From contig CATNEN010000034.1 of NCBI GenBank assembly GCA_950097015.1, forward strand, positions 6,944,001-7,008,000: DNA of 64,000 bases, given 5' to 3'. Each line of letters begins with the position of its first letter. Positions within the stretch are counted from its first letter, which is position 1. This document shows positions 33,148 through 45,100 of the stretch, in pieces. This DNA is from Macrostomum hystrix. Lineage: Eukaryota; Animalia; Platyhelminthes. The notes beneath the pieces are model-generated. The model saw nothing but the letters and a program-made list of their open reading frames with translations. It was not told the DNA's origin and made no database searches. Position numbers and translations under genes: made by a program.

Positions 33148-36100
33148 TTAAGCGATGTTTAACAATTTCTTAAACGCCTTCCTGAATTCATTATTGAATA
33201 TAGTATATATGAGAGGGTTGAGGGTGCTATTCACATAGCCCAGCCAGACTATGAACACGGATATGCGCCTGTCGTACTTGCACAGCGAGCTCTTGAATAG
33301 TTCGTTGTCGATGTTCTTCAGGCAGGCGGCCCACATCAGGTTGGAGATAAAGAAAGGCAGCCAACAGAGTAGGAACACGCCTGCAATGGTTGAGTTGAAA
33401 ATCTATTCAGATTTAGTTTATACTTGTAGAAACAAAAATGGATAAAATACAATTTAGATTTAGCTTTAGATTTAGCTTTAGATTTAGCTTTAGATTTAGC
33501 TTTAGATTTAGCTTTACATTTAGCTTTAGATTTAAATTTAGATTAGATTTAGATTAAACTCTTTAGGAGCCTATCTTCGAAGTCGTTAGACTTTGTCTTT
33601 ATTAAGGTTCTTCTCTGAGACATCTTGGGAGAATGCAGCTACGACTTTCACCACCTCAGTGACATCATTCTGCGTGAAGAGGATGTCAGTGAGACGGAAA
33701 GTATCGCAGGTCAATCTAATGGCGTCAGAACTAGAAGACAGCTCCTGACACAACCTGTCATGACATAATAGTAGCTGCCTTCGAAATTCTTCATTGAAAG
33801 TCAAGCCTGCCTCACTGGCTTTCTCACCTGACATTTTCCTTCGCCGTGGCACCCCAACCTGACCTGTGTTCTCCCAAGAGTAGCATCGCTACTGTGTCAC
33901 GTGATGCTTGTCTAAAAATAGTCTAAAGTATTTGGACTATTTTTAGTATCTCAGGGTCATCTGTCACGTGGTGTCTCTCTTTCATGGCTATTTTTAGCAA
34001 ACCGGAGTGATATTTCGCTAAACCCTGATCTCAGTGCCTATGCATACAAATTATAAAATGGTAATATCCTATGCCCTTTCCAGTTACATATCTATTCTTT
34101 ATGAAGATATGTAACATATTATTGACCATTGTAGATTTATTATACATTTTAGATAAAAATGAAAAAAGAATTGCGCTTAAGTTAAAAATGCAAAAGGGAA
34201 TTCAAATTTTTCTAAGAAATATGATAGCTTCGATGACGACTTGAATTGTTAATTTTCTCACCAATAAAATTGAAATTGCGAATAGTCTAGCCCAACGACA
34301 AAAGATAAGACGAGACAGAAAAAAAATTGCAACCAAATTACATATAAAAACATAACATAAGAGCACCAAATCACGACATACGCGATAAAATGTATAAAAT
34401 TGTATGTAAAGGGAAATGCTCTGCTTGTCTCACAGTCTCTCTGCTTATCTCACAGTCTCTCTGCTTATCTCACAGTCTCTCTGCTTATCTCACAGTCTCT
34501 GCTTATCTCACAGTCTCTCTGCTTATCTCACAGTCTCTCTGCTTATCTCACAGTCTCTGCTTATCTCACAGTCTCTCTGCTTATCTCACGGTCTCTCTGC
34601 TTATCTCACAGTCTCTGCTTATCTCACAGTCTCTCTGCTTATCTCACAGTCTCTCTGCTTATCTCACAGTCTCTGCTTATCTCACAGTCTCTCTGCTTAT
34701 CTCACAGTCTCTCTGCTTATCTCACAGTCTCTGCTTATCTCACAGTCTCTCTGCTTATCTCACGGTCTGTCTGCTTATCTCACAGTCTCTCTGCTTATCT
34801 CATAATCTCTCTGCTTATCTCACAGTCTCTCTGCTTATCTCACAATCTCTCTGCTTATCTCACGGTCTGTCTGCTTATCTCACGGTCCGTCTGCTTATCT
34901 CACAGTCTCTCTGCTTATCTCACAATCTCTCTGCTTATCTCACAGTCTCTCTGCTTATCTCACAGTCTCTGCTTATCTCACAGTCTCTCTGCTTATCTCA
35001 CGGTCTCTCTGCTTATCTCACAGTCTCTGCTTATCTCACAGTCTCTCTGCTTATCTCACAGTCTCTCTGCTTATCTCACAGTCTCTCTGCTTATCTCATA
35101 ATCTCTCTGCTTATCTCACAGTCTCTCTGCTTATCTCACAATCTCTCTGCTTATCTCACGGTCTGTCTGCTTATCTCACAGTCTCTCTGCTTATCTCACA
35201 GTCTCTCTGCTTATCTCGTCTCTCTGCTTATCTCACAATCTCTCTGCTTATCTCACGGTCTGTCTGCTTATCTCGCAGTCTCTCTGCTTATCTCACAGTC
35301 TCTCTGCTTATCTCACGGTCTGTCTGCTTATCTCACAGTCTCTCTGCTTATCTCACAGGTCTCTCTGCTTATCTCACAGTCTCTCTGCTTATCTCACAGT
35401 CTCTCTGCTTATCTCACGGTCTGTCTGCTTATCTCACAGTCTCTCTGCTTATCTCACAATCTCTCTGCTTATCTCACGGTCTGTCTGCTTATCTCACAGT
35501 CTCTCTGCTTATCTCACAGTCTCTCTGCTTATCTCACAGTCTCTCTGCTTATCTCACAGTCTCTCTGCTTATCTCACGGTCTGTCTGCTTATCTCACAGT
35601 CTCTCTGCTTATCTCACAGTCTCTCTGCTTATCTCATAATCTCTCTGCTTATCTCACAGTCTCTCTGCTTATCTCACAATCTCTCTGCTTATCTCACGGT
35701 CTGTCTTCTTATCTCACAGTCTCTCTGCTTATCTCACAATCTCTCTGCTTATCTCACGGTCTGTCTGCTTATCTCACAGTCTCTCTGCTTATCTCATAAT
35801 CTCTCTGCTTATCTCACAGTCTCTCTGCTTATCTCACAGTCTCTCTGCTTATCTCACAATCTCTCTGCTTATCTCACGGTCTGTCTGCTTATCTCACGGT
35901 CTGTCTGCTTATCTCACAGTCTCTCTGCTTATCTTACAATCTCTCTGCTTATCTCACGGTCTGTCTGCTTATCTCACAGTCTCTCTGCTTATCTCACGGT
36001 CTGTCTGCTTATCTCACAGTCTCTCTGCTTATCTCACGGTCTGTCTGCTTATCTCACAGTCTCTCTGCTTATCTCACAGTCTCTCTGCTTATCTCACAGT

Positions 36101-39100
36101 CTCTGCTTATCTCACAGTCTCTCTGCGTATCTCACGGTCTCTCTGCTTATCTCACAGTCTCTCTGCTTATCTCACAATCTCTCTGCTTATCTCACGGTCT
36201 GTCTGCTTATCTCACAGTCTCTCTGCTTATCTCACAGTCTCTGCTTATCTCACAGTCTCTCTGCTTATCTCACAGTCTCTCTGCTTATCTCACGGTCTGT
36301 CTGCTTATCTCACAGTCTCTCTGCTTATCTCACAGTCTCTCTGCTTATCTCATAATCTCTCTGCTTATCTCCCAGTCTCTCTGCTTATCTCACGGTCTGT
36401 CTGCTTATCTCACGGTCTGTCTGCTTATCTCACAGTCTCTCTGCTTATCTCACAATCTCTCTGCTTATCTCACGGTCTGTCTGCTTATCTCACAGTCTCT
36501 CTGCTTATCTCACAGTCTCTGCTTATCTCACAGTCTCTCTGCTTATCTCACAGTCTCTCTGCTTATCTCACAGTCTCTGCTTATCTCACAATCTCTCTGC
36601 TTATCTCACAGTCTCTCTGCTTATCTCACAGTCTCTCAGCTTATCTCACAGTCTCTCTGCTTATCTCACAGTCTCTGCTTATCTCACAGTCTCTCTGCTT
36701 ATCTCACAGTCTCTCTGCTTATCTCACAGTCTCTGCTTATCTCACAGTCTCTCTGCTTATCTCACAGTCTCTCTGCTTATCTCACAGTCTCTGCTTATCT
36801 CACAGTCTCTCTGCTTATCTCACAGTCTCTCTGCTTATCTCACGGTCTGTCTGCTTATCTCACAGTCTCTCTGCTTATCTCACAGTCTCTCTGCTTATCT
36901 CACAATCTCTCTGCTTATCTCACAGTCTCTGCTTATCTCACAGTCTCTCTGCTTATCTCACAGTCTCTCTGGTTATCTCACAGTCTCTGCTTATCTCACA
37001 GTCTCTCTGCTTATCTCACAATCTCTCTGCTTATCTCACGGTCTGTCTGCTTATCTCACAGTCTCTCTGCTTATCTCATAATCTCTCTGCTTATCTCACA
37101 GTCTCTCTGCTTATCTCACAGTCTCTCTGCTTATCTCAAAATCTCTCTGCTTATCTCACGGTCTTTCTGCTTATCTCACGGTCTGTCTGCTTATCTCACA
37201 GTCTCTCTGCTTATCTCACAATCTCTCTGCTTATCTCACGGTCTGTCTGCTTATCTCACAGTCTCTCTGCTTATCTCATAATCTCTCTGCTTATCTCACA
37301 GTCTCTCTGCTTATCTCACAATCTCTCTGCTTATCTCACGGTCTGTCTGCTTATCTCACAATCTCTCTGCTTATCTCACGGTCTGTCTGCTTATCTCACA
37401 GTCTCTCTGCTTATCTCACGGTCTGTCTGCTTATCTCACAGTCTCTCTGCTTATCTCATATTCTCTCTGCTTATCTCACAGTCTCTCTGCTTATCTCACA
37501 GTCTCTCTGCTTATCTCACAATCTCTCTGCTTATCTCACGGTCTGTCTGCTTATCTCACGGTCTGTCTGCTTATCTCACAGTCTCTCTGCTTATCTCACA
37601 GTCTCTCTGCTTATCTCACGGTCTGTCTGCTTATCCCGCATTCCGTCAGCTCTTTCCATAACAGCGTTGTTTTCATTTCTTATTCGACAATGAGGCCCAC
37701 CCTAACCCATCGCTCGCAGAGTTAATTTTACAGACTTCTTTGGCGTGCCTAATCTACATTTTTGCATGAGGCCGCTAATCAAGCTGTCGTAGCTGTTCCG
37801 ATCGAATCTGAAGGAAAAAAACTTTCAGGAAAACAACTTCGCAATAAGGAGAGGCCGAGGGGTAGCGCTGAGCTCACTTGAATGGTACTATACGAAATAC
37901 ACAATTGTATGCGACAATTACTGCCGCAGAGATGAAAGCAGCAGTGAAATATGAGATAAGATTGAACTCAAAATTAGATTTATAAAAGCTATATAGTTTG
38001 CTTATAATATTAATTGTCAAAAAAGTGAAAGTGAAAAGCACTATCAAAGTTGGCACAGTTAGCATTAAGACTGAAAAATCTAAGGATTGCTGGGTCCTGG
38101 TACAGCCCAGCTCCCAATAGCTCCCAATCCGAATGACCGATTTCCTTGAAAGTCTTAACGCTCATTACGATGAACTAACTTTCAAAGCCATCCGACATCA
38201 CCATCATCGAGATATTCAGCGATTCTCTGTATAACCCTCAATGGCGAATCCATATTAGTTTAATAATATCACACTTCATGCCCGCTTCTAGCATCCTTCA
38301 GACCCGCTTCTAGCATCCTTCAGGCCCGCTTCTAGCATCCTTCAGACCCGCTTCTAGCATCCTTCAGACCCGCTTCTATCACACTTCATGCCCGCTTCTA
38401 GCATCCTTCAGACCCGCTTCTAGCATCCTTCAGACCCGCTTCTATCACACTTCATGCCCGCTTCTATCACACTTCATGCCCGCTTCTAGCATCCTTCAGA
38501 CCCGCTTCTATCACACTTCATGCCCGCTTCTATCACACTTCATGCCCGCTTCTAGCATCCTTCAGACCCGCTTCTATCACACTTCATGCCCGCTTCTAGC
38601 ATCCTTCAGACCCGCTTCTAGCATCCTTCAGACCCGCTTCTATCACACTTCATGCCCGCTTCTAGCATCCTTCAGACCCGCTTCTATCACACTTCATGCC
38701 CGCTTCTAGCATCCTTCAGACCCGCTTCTAGCATCCTTCAGACCCGCTTCTATCACACTTCATGCCCGCTTCTAGCATCCTTCAGACCCGCTTCTATCAC
38801 ACTTCATGCCCGCTTCTAGCATCCTTCAGACCCGCTTCTATCACACTTCATGCCCGCTTCTAGCATCCTTCAGGCCCGCTTCTAGCATCCTTCAGGCCCG
38901 CTTCTAGCATCCTTCAGACCCGCTTCTATCATCCTTCAGGCCCGCTTCTATCATCCTTCAGGCCCGCTTCTAGCATCCTTCAGACCCGCTTCTATCATCC
39001 TTCAGGCCCGCTTCTAGCATCCTTCAGACCCGCTTCTATCATCCTTCAGGCCCGCTTCTATCATCCTTCAGGCCCGCTTCTATCACACTTCAGACCCGCT

Positions 39101-42100
39101 TCTATCATCCTTCAGGCCCGCTTCTAGCATCCTTCATGCCCGCTTCTAGCATCCTTCAGACCCGCTTCTATCATCCTTCAGGCCCGCTTCTAGCATCCTT
39201 CAGACCCGCTTCTAGCATCCTTCAGACCCGCTTCCAGTATCCTTCAGACCCACTTCTATCATCCTTCAGGCGCTCTTCTTTCATCCATCAGGCGCTCTTC
39301 TTTCATTCTTCAGACCCGCTTCTATCATCCTTCAGGCCCGCTTCTAGCATCCTTCAGACCCGCTTCTATCATCCTTCAGGCCCGCTTCTAGCATCCTTCA
39401 GGCCCGCTTCTAGCATCCTTCAGACCCGCTTCTAGCATCCTTCAGGCGCTCTTCTTTCATCCATCAGGCGCTCTTCTCTCATTCTTCAGACCCGCTTCTA
39501 TCATCCTTCAGGCGCTATTCTATCATCCTTCAGACCCGTTTCTATCATCCTTCAGACCCGCTTCTAGCATCCTTCAGACCCGCTTCTAGCATCCTTCAGG
39601 CGCTCTTCTTTCATCCATCAGGCGCTCTTCTCTCATTCTTCAGACCCGCTTCTATCATCCATCCTTCAGGCGCTATTCTATCATCCTTCAGACCCGCTTC
39701 TATCATTCTTCAGGCGCTCTTCTTTCATCCTTCAGACCCGCTTCTATCATCCTTCAGACCTGATACTATTATCTTTCAGTCCCGCTTCTAACAATAAAGC
39801 AAACGATCAATAAAATATAATCAGCAATGATAGCCGAGATGGTTATACGATGCAATTTTGTGAGCAGAAAAATGATACCCATATTGGTGGTTTTTGCCAC
39901 CAGTCACCCCGACGAGAATCGTTGAATATCCCATGGTCCATCGACTGTTAATGCGTTGTAGATACGAGTAGTACATTCGAACTCCGAGATGCTAGCTCTA
40001 AGCTATTGTTCTGCTGATAAAGTTTTATCGATAATTAACTTGAGAAGTTGTTGACACTCACCGCAAACTTCAAATTGTCCGGCGGGAATCACAACACGCA
40101 TGCGGGTAATTGGGAATTAAACAAGAGCTTTTACATCTCATTGTGATTATGGTGGACATTTCAATCAGGAAATTATAATCTTCTGATAAAGCTTAAAGTG
40201 CAACTGTTGCTATAAACTGAGAGTGCTAAAAGTGAGCACTAAGAGTGAGGTGGGTGTAGGAAGTGAGGGTTTGGAGGGACATGATGTGAGGTGGCTGTAG
40301 GGAGTTGGGGTTTAGGAATGGCATAGAGTGAGGTGGGTGTAGGAAGTGAGGGTTTGGAGGGACATGATGTGAGGTGGCTGTAGGGAGTTGGGGTTTAGGA
40401 ATGGCATAGAGTGAGGTGGGTGTAGGAAGTGAGGGTTTGGAGGGACATGATGTGAGGTGGCTGTAGGGAGTTGGGGTTTAGGAATGGCATAGAGTGAGGT
40501 GGGTGTAGGAAGTGAGGGTTTGGAGGGACATGATGTGAGGTGGCTGTAGGGAGTTGGGGTTTAGGAGAGGCGTTGTGTGAAGTGGGTAAGGAAGCTAGGT
40601 TTTTTAGTTCCATGGATTGAGGTAGGTGCAGAAACGGGCTTCCTAGGTGGCGTGGAGTAAGGTGGGTGGGGAAGTGGGGATTCTATTTAGGCAGGACTGG
40701 GGTGGGTGTAGGAATGTCTGTTTATCAGTGGCTAGATAACACTTTATAGTTACACACTCCGTTTAAGATCAAGGTACAAGTTTTGCCGGGGATATCAGAA
40801 TGCTATTGAAGCCATTTTGTTGTGCCATTAAGTAGCAAATAGGAATAATCTCAGAAATGTGTTTTTACAACTCACCCAACACAATGGCCAGCGTTTTGGT
40901 AGCCTTCTTCTCACGTCTGGCGGCCGATCGCTCAGCCTTGGTGCCGGCGGATTTTCGCTTCTTCTTTTTGATCTTCATTCGGAACATTTGCTGCTGCTGC
41001 TGCTGCTGCTTTCCAGGTCGCTCCGGTGGGCCCTCAGTTAGACGGGTCTCGCAAGCGTCGCTATGAGCTACGCTGTTGTCAGAGGTTGACGGCCCGGCAA
41101 AGTTCATGCTCTCGTTTAACGGCACTGAATTGTTCGTCGACAAAGTGAAGTCGTCATCGGCGTCGAGATCGACGATGCCAGACGGGCTCCGGCCGGCGAG
41201 TCGCTGCTGTTGAGTTGTGAGTGCGGAATGAGTGCGCCTGTCCACTAGCTTTGTTGTCACGTTAGTGCAACTTTGTCAAGATTTCCTTATGCCCTAACTC
41301 ACGGAGCAACATCTGACTCTCAACTCCTAGCCGCCACCACTCATGTGCTAACCTCCCTCCCTGCCTTCTAGATATACACCCACCTCAGTTCTTGCCCCTC
41401 CAAACATATCATCTACACTCACCTCACTTCTTGCCCCTCCAAACATATCATCTACACTCACCTCACTTCTTGCCCCTCCAAGCATATCATAAACACCCAC
41501 CTCACGCCCTGTCCCTCTGCCCCTTTTGATACACCTACCTAAACCTATCATAGGCACCTACCTGACTGCCTGTCCCTCTGCCCTCATCTGCTCCCCGTCT
41601 GATACACCCACCTCACTCCCTGTCCCTCTGCCCCAATCTGATACACCCACCTCACTCCCTGTCCCTCTGCCCCAGTCTGATACACCCACCTCACTCCCTG
41701 TCCCTCTGCCCCAATCTGATGCACCCACCTCACTCCCTGTCCCTCTGCCCCAGTCTGATACACCCACCTCACTCCCTGTCCCTCTGCCCCAATCTGATGC
41801 ACCCATCCTCACTCCCTGTCCCTCTGCCCCAGTCTGATACACCCACCTTTACTCCCTGTCCCTCTGCCCCAATCTGATACACCCACCTCTCTTACTGACA
41901 AACTCTTATGCATCCGACTCCCTCTGTCTTTCTGACCCACTAAGGTCGCCCCGACTGTTTGATATACGAGTATCAATAAGACTTTGTCAGCAAAAGCCCT
42001 GCCTTTGCATTGAGTTGAGGCTGCTGCAGATGGTCGTTGCCGGTGCGGGCAACGCTAACGCTGAGGTTATTGGGCCTTTTCGGGTTCGTCCGCACGAGCA

Positions 42101-45100
42101 GCGTGGCCTTCTTGGCTGGCTGCCGGGCTCCGCCAGACTTCGCTCGCCTGCCATCGACGCTTCGCTCTAAGTCGTCGATGTCGTCATCTTCATTGTCGTC
42201 GGCGGCGACCTTCTGGTTCTGGTAGATCTTTCCTCGTTTAGCTGCCGCAGCCTTCTTGGCTCTCTGCCAGATGACCTTGAAGATGCGATAGTACAGGATC
42301 AGCATGACGAAGCACGGGATGTAGAAGCTTCCGAGACTTGAGTAGATCAGGAAGTCGCCGTGAAAGAAGGTGCAGGTGTTTTTGAACATCGGCCTGTTTC
42401 GGATGCCGTTGAGGTTCTGCAGGCCGCAGCCGATAGGCAGAGCGATGGCGATGGACAGAAGCCAAGTGGCTGCGATGGTAAACTGGGTGCGCTTTGAGTT
42501 CTTGTGCTTCGAATACTTGATTGGCTGGGTCACTGCGATGAACCTAAAAATGTGTGATTGGCTGGGTCACTGCGATGAACCTAAAAATGTGTGATTGGCT
42601 GGGTCACTGCGATGAACCTAAAAATGTGTGATTGGCTGGGTCACTGCGATGAACCTAAAAATGTGTGATTAGGCTGGGTCACTGCGATGAACCTAAAAAT
42701 GTGTGATTGGCTGGGTCACTGCGATGAACCTAAAAATGTGTGATAGGCTGGGTCACTGCGATGAACCTAAAAATGTGTGATTGGCTGGGTCACTGCGATG
42801 AACCTAAAAATGTGTGATAGGCTGGGTCACTGCGATGAACCTGTGAACCTGTGCGAACTGTGCGGCTGTTCAGGCCGGCAAATCAGCAACAGTACGCAAG
42901 CTCGCAGTGACAGAGGGTTGTGCACAACTGCCAGACTCAAAGTACTAATCGTTTGGTTCTCATTACGAGCGTAACTCATTGCTAAATTATGCACAATAGT
43001 TGCTGAATGCAAACAGCGGCAAAAAATCTAGTGCGTCATTTAAATTTTAATTTAAATCATTTAAAGTCGGTCCGGCGAAGGCACAAAATTCTAAAAGTAC
43101 ATTCAGCTACTTCTGGATATATTAAAGCAGAGCGAGACTGAGACAGTCCGACAAGCACATTGTCAAATGCCTTAGATGACTCAGAGAGTCGGAGAGAGTC
43201 TTGACGGCGACAAGTTTTGCACTTCAACTTCAACTGGCAGCGGTTGAAATCCGACGCCACAGGGGGCTCTCAGAATTCCCTCAAGACTCCTGTCTTCAGA
43301 ATTTCTGACCAGTTGTTTAATTAAATGGTCTGCGGCCTGTATAGAACCAACAAGAGCTAGCAAATTTGAGAGAAGTCTAAAAAACACATATCGGATGAGA
43401 CCAATCAGCAGGACTATCAAAGGCTTTGAAGGACTGGATGTTGACATAAAAATCTGCAACGCCTGAATCTCGGGTCAACGAAACCTGACCGCCAAAATCT
43501 GACAGACACAATCTGACAGACACAATCTGACAGACACAATCTGACAGACACAATCTGACAGACACAATCTGACAGACACAATCTGACAGACACAATATGA
43601 CAGACACAATCTGACAGACACAATCTGACAGACACAATCTGACAGACACAATCTGACCGCCACAATCTGACAGACACAATCTGACAGACACAATCTGACA
43701 GACACAATCTGACAGACACAATCTGACAGACACAATCTGACAGACACAATCTGACAAACACAATCTAACAACATAATCTGACAGACACAATCTGACAAAT
43801 ACAATCTGAAAGACTCAATCTGACCGCCACAATCGGACAGACACAATCTGACAGACACAATCTTGACCGACACAATCTAACAGACACAATCATAATACAT
43901 ATTATACGTAATTTAGTTCTATGTAGGTAGGCCGCATATGTGTAAGCCTCCTTCAAAGTCAGTTGTGATTTAAAAAAACAAAAGCATCATTTGAAGGCTT
44001 GCAGACTTCCTGCTCAGCGAGTATTTCAGTTCCTGGGTGTCACACAAAAACATGTGGCCTAGAAATGTTGCATAAAGTTCGCATTGGTGTGATCCCGCCT
44101 CAGTTGGGTGCTGTTCAGCTGACGTGAATAAAAAGTAGACGCTGACAACATCTATTGGAAACCTGTTTAGCTAATACAATTGAATTTTTCAGTTTTGCAA
44201 AATCGCGCGGATTAAAAAAGCATGGGGTGAGCCAGATGAAGGCCTACAGTTGTAAAATATAATTTCTGGCCTCAACATCAGACTCAGCCAGCCGCTAAGG
44301 CAGGACAACCCGTGCTCCAGAAACCAATGCCAGCCCCCCCCTGCTTTGCATACGCTTAATATCCATTGCCTGTGCTGCGTGCACCATTTTACAATCCATT
44401 TGCGAATTAAATTGATGCCAAGCCCATCGGACTAAGAAGGCCTCTGAGACTGCTCTGGGACTCATATAGCATACACAATGGTACTTGCTCATTGCGAAAC
44501 ACTATTTTTTTACTGTTCAGAGCACATTCTGAGCATGAGATGAGGAAGAGGATAGTTTGATTTTTTTTACTTTTGTTACACTGAAGTCGGAATGATCCTA
44601 AAGGAAGAGGTGAAAAAGACAAATTTTCATAGAGCGCTTCCCAGAACACACACGGAAGTTGTCTCATTGTGGAAGGGAGCCTTGTCTTATCCTATTGTCT
44701 CAATTCAAAATATGACAGTGCCATGACAGTGAAAAATCTATTCATAACAGTTCCTTGTACCAGAACAAAACAATGTCGAAGCCATCCTTTACCACAGTCA
44801 GTGTCGTGAAACACAGTCAAAGCCATCCTTTACCACAGTCAGTGTCGTGAAACACTGTCAAAGCCATCCCTTACCACAGTCAGTGTCGTGAAATGCTGTC
44901 AAAGCCATCCCTTACCACAGTCAGTGTCGTGAAACACTGTCAAAGCCATCAGTTACCACAGTCAGTGTCGTGAAACACTGTCAAAGCCATCCTTTACCAC
45001 AGTCAGTGTCGTGAAACACTGTCAAAGCCATCCTTTACCACAGTCAGTGTCGTGAAATGCTGTCAAAGCCATCCCTTACCACAGTCAGTGTCGTGAAACA

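Noticed and set aside
34390-35799. 469-aa and related [11 protein letters not shown] ORFs
   Set aside because: Translation of an intronic 18/20-bp satellite.
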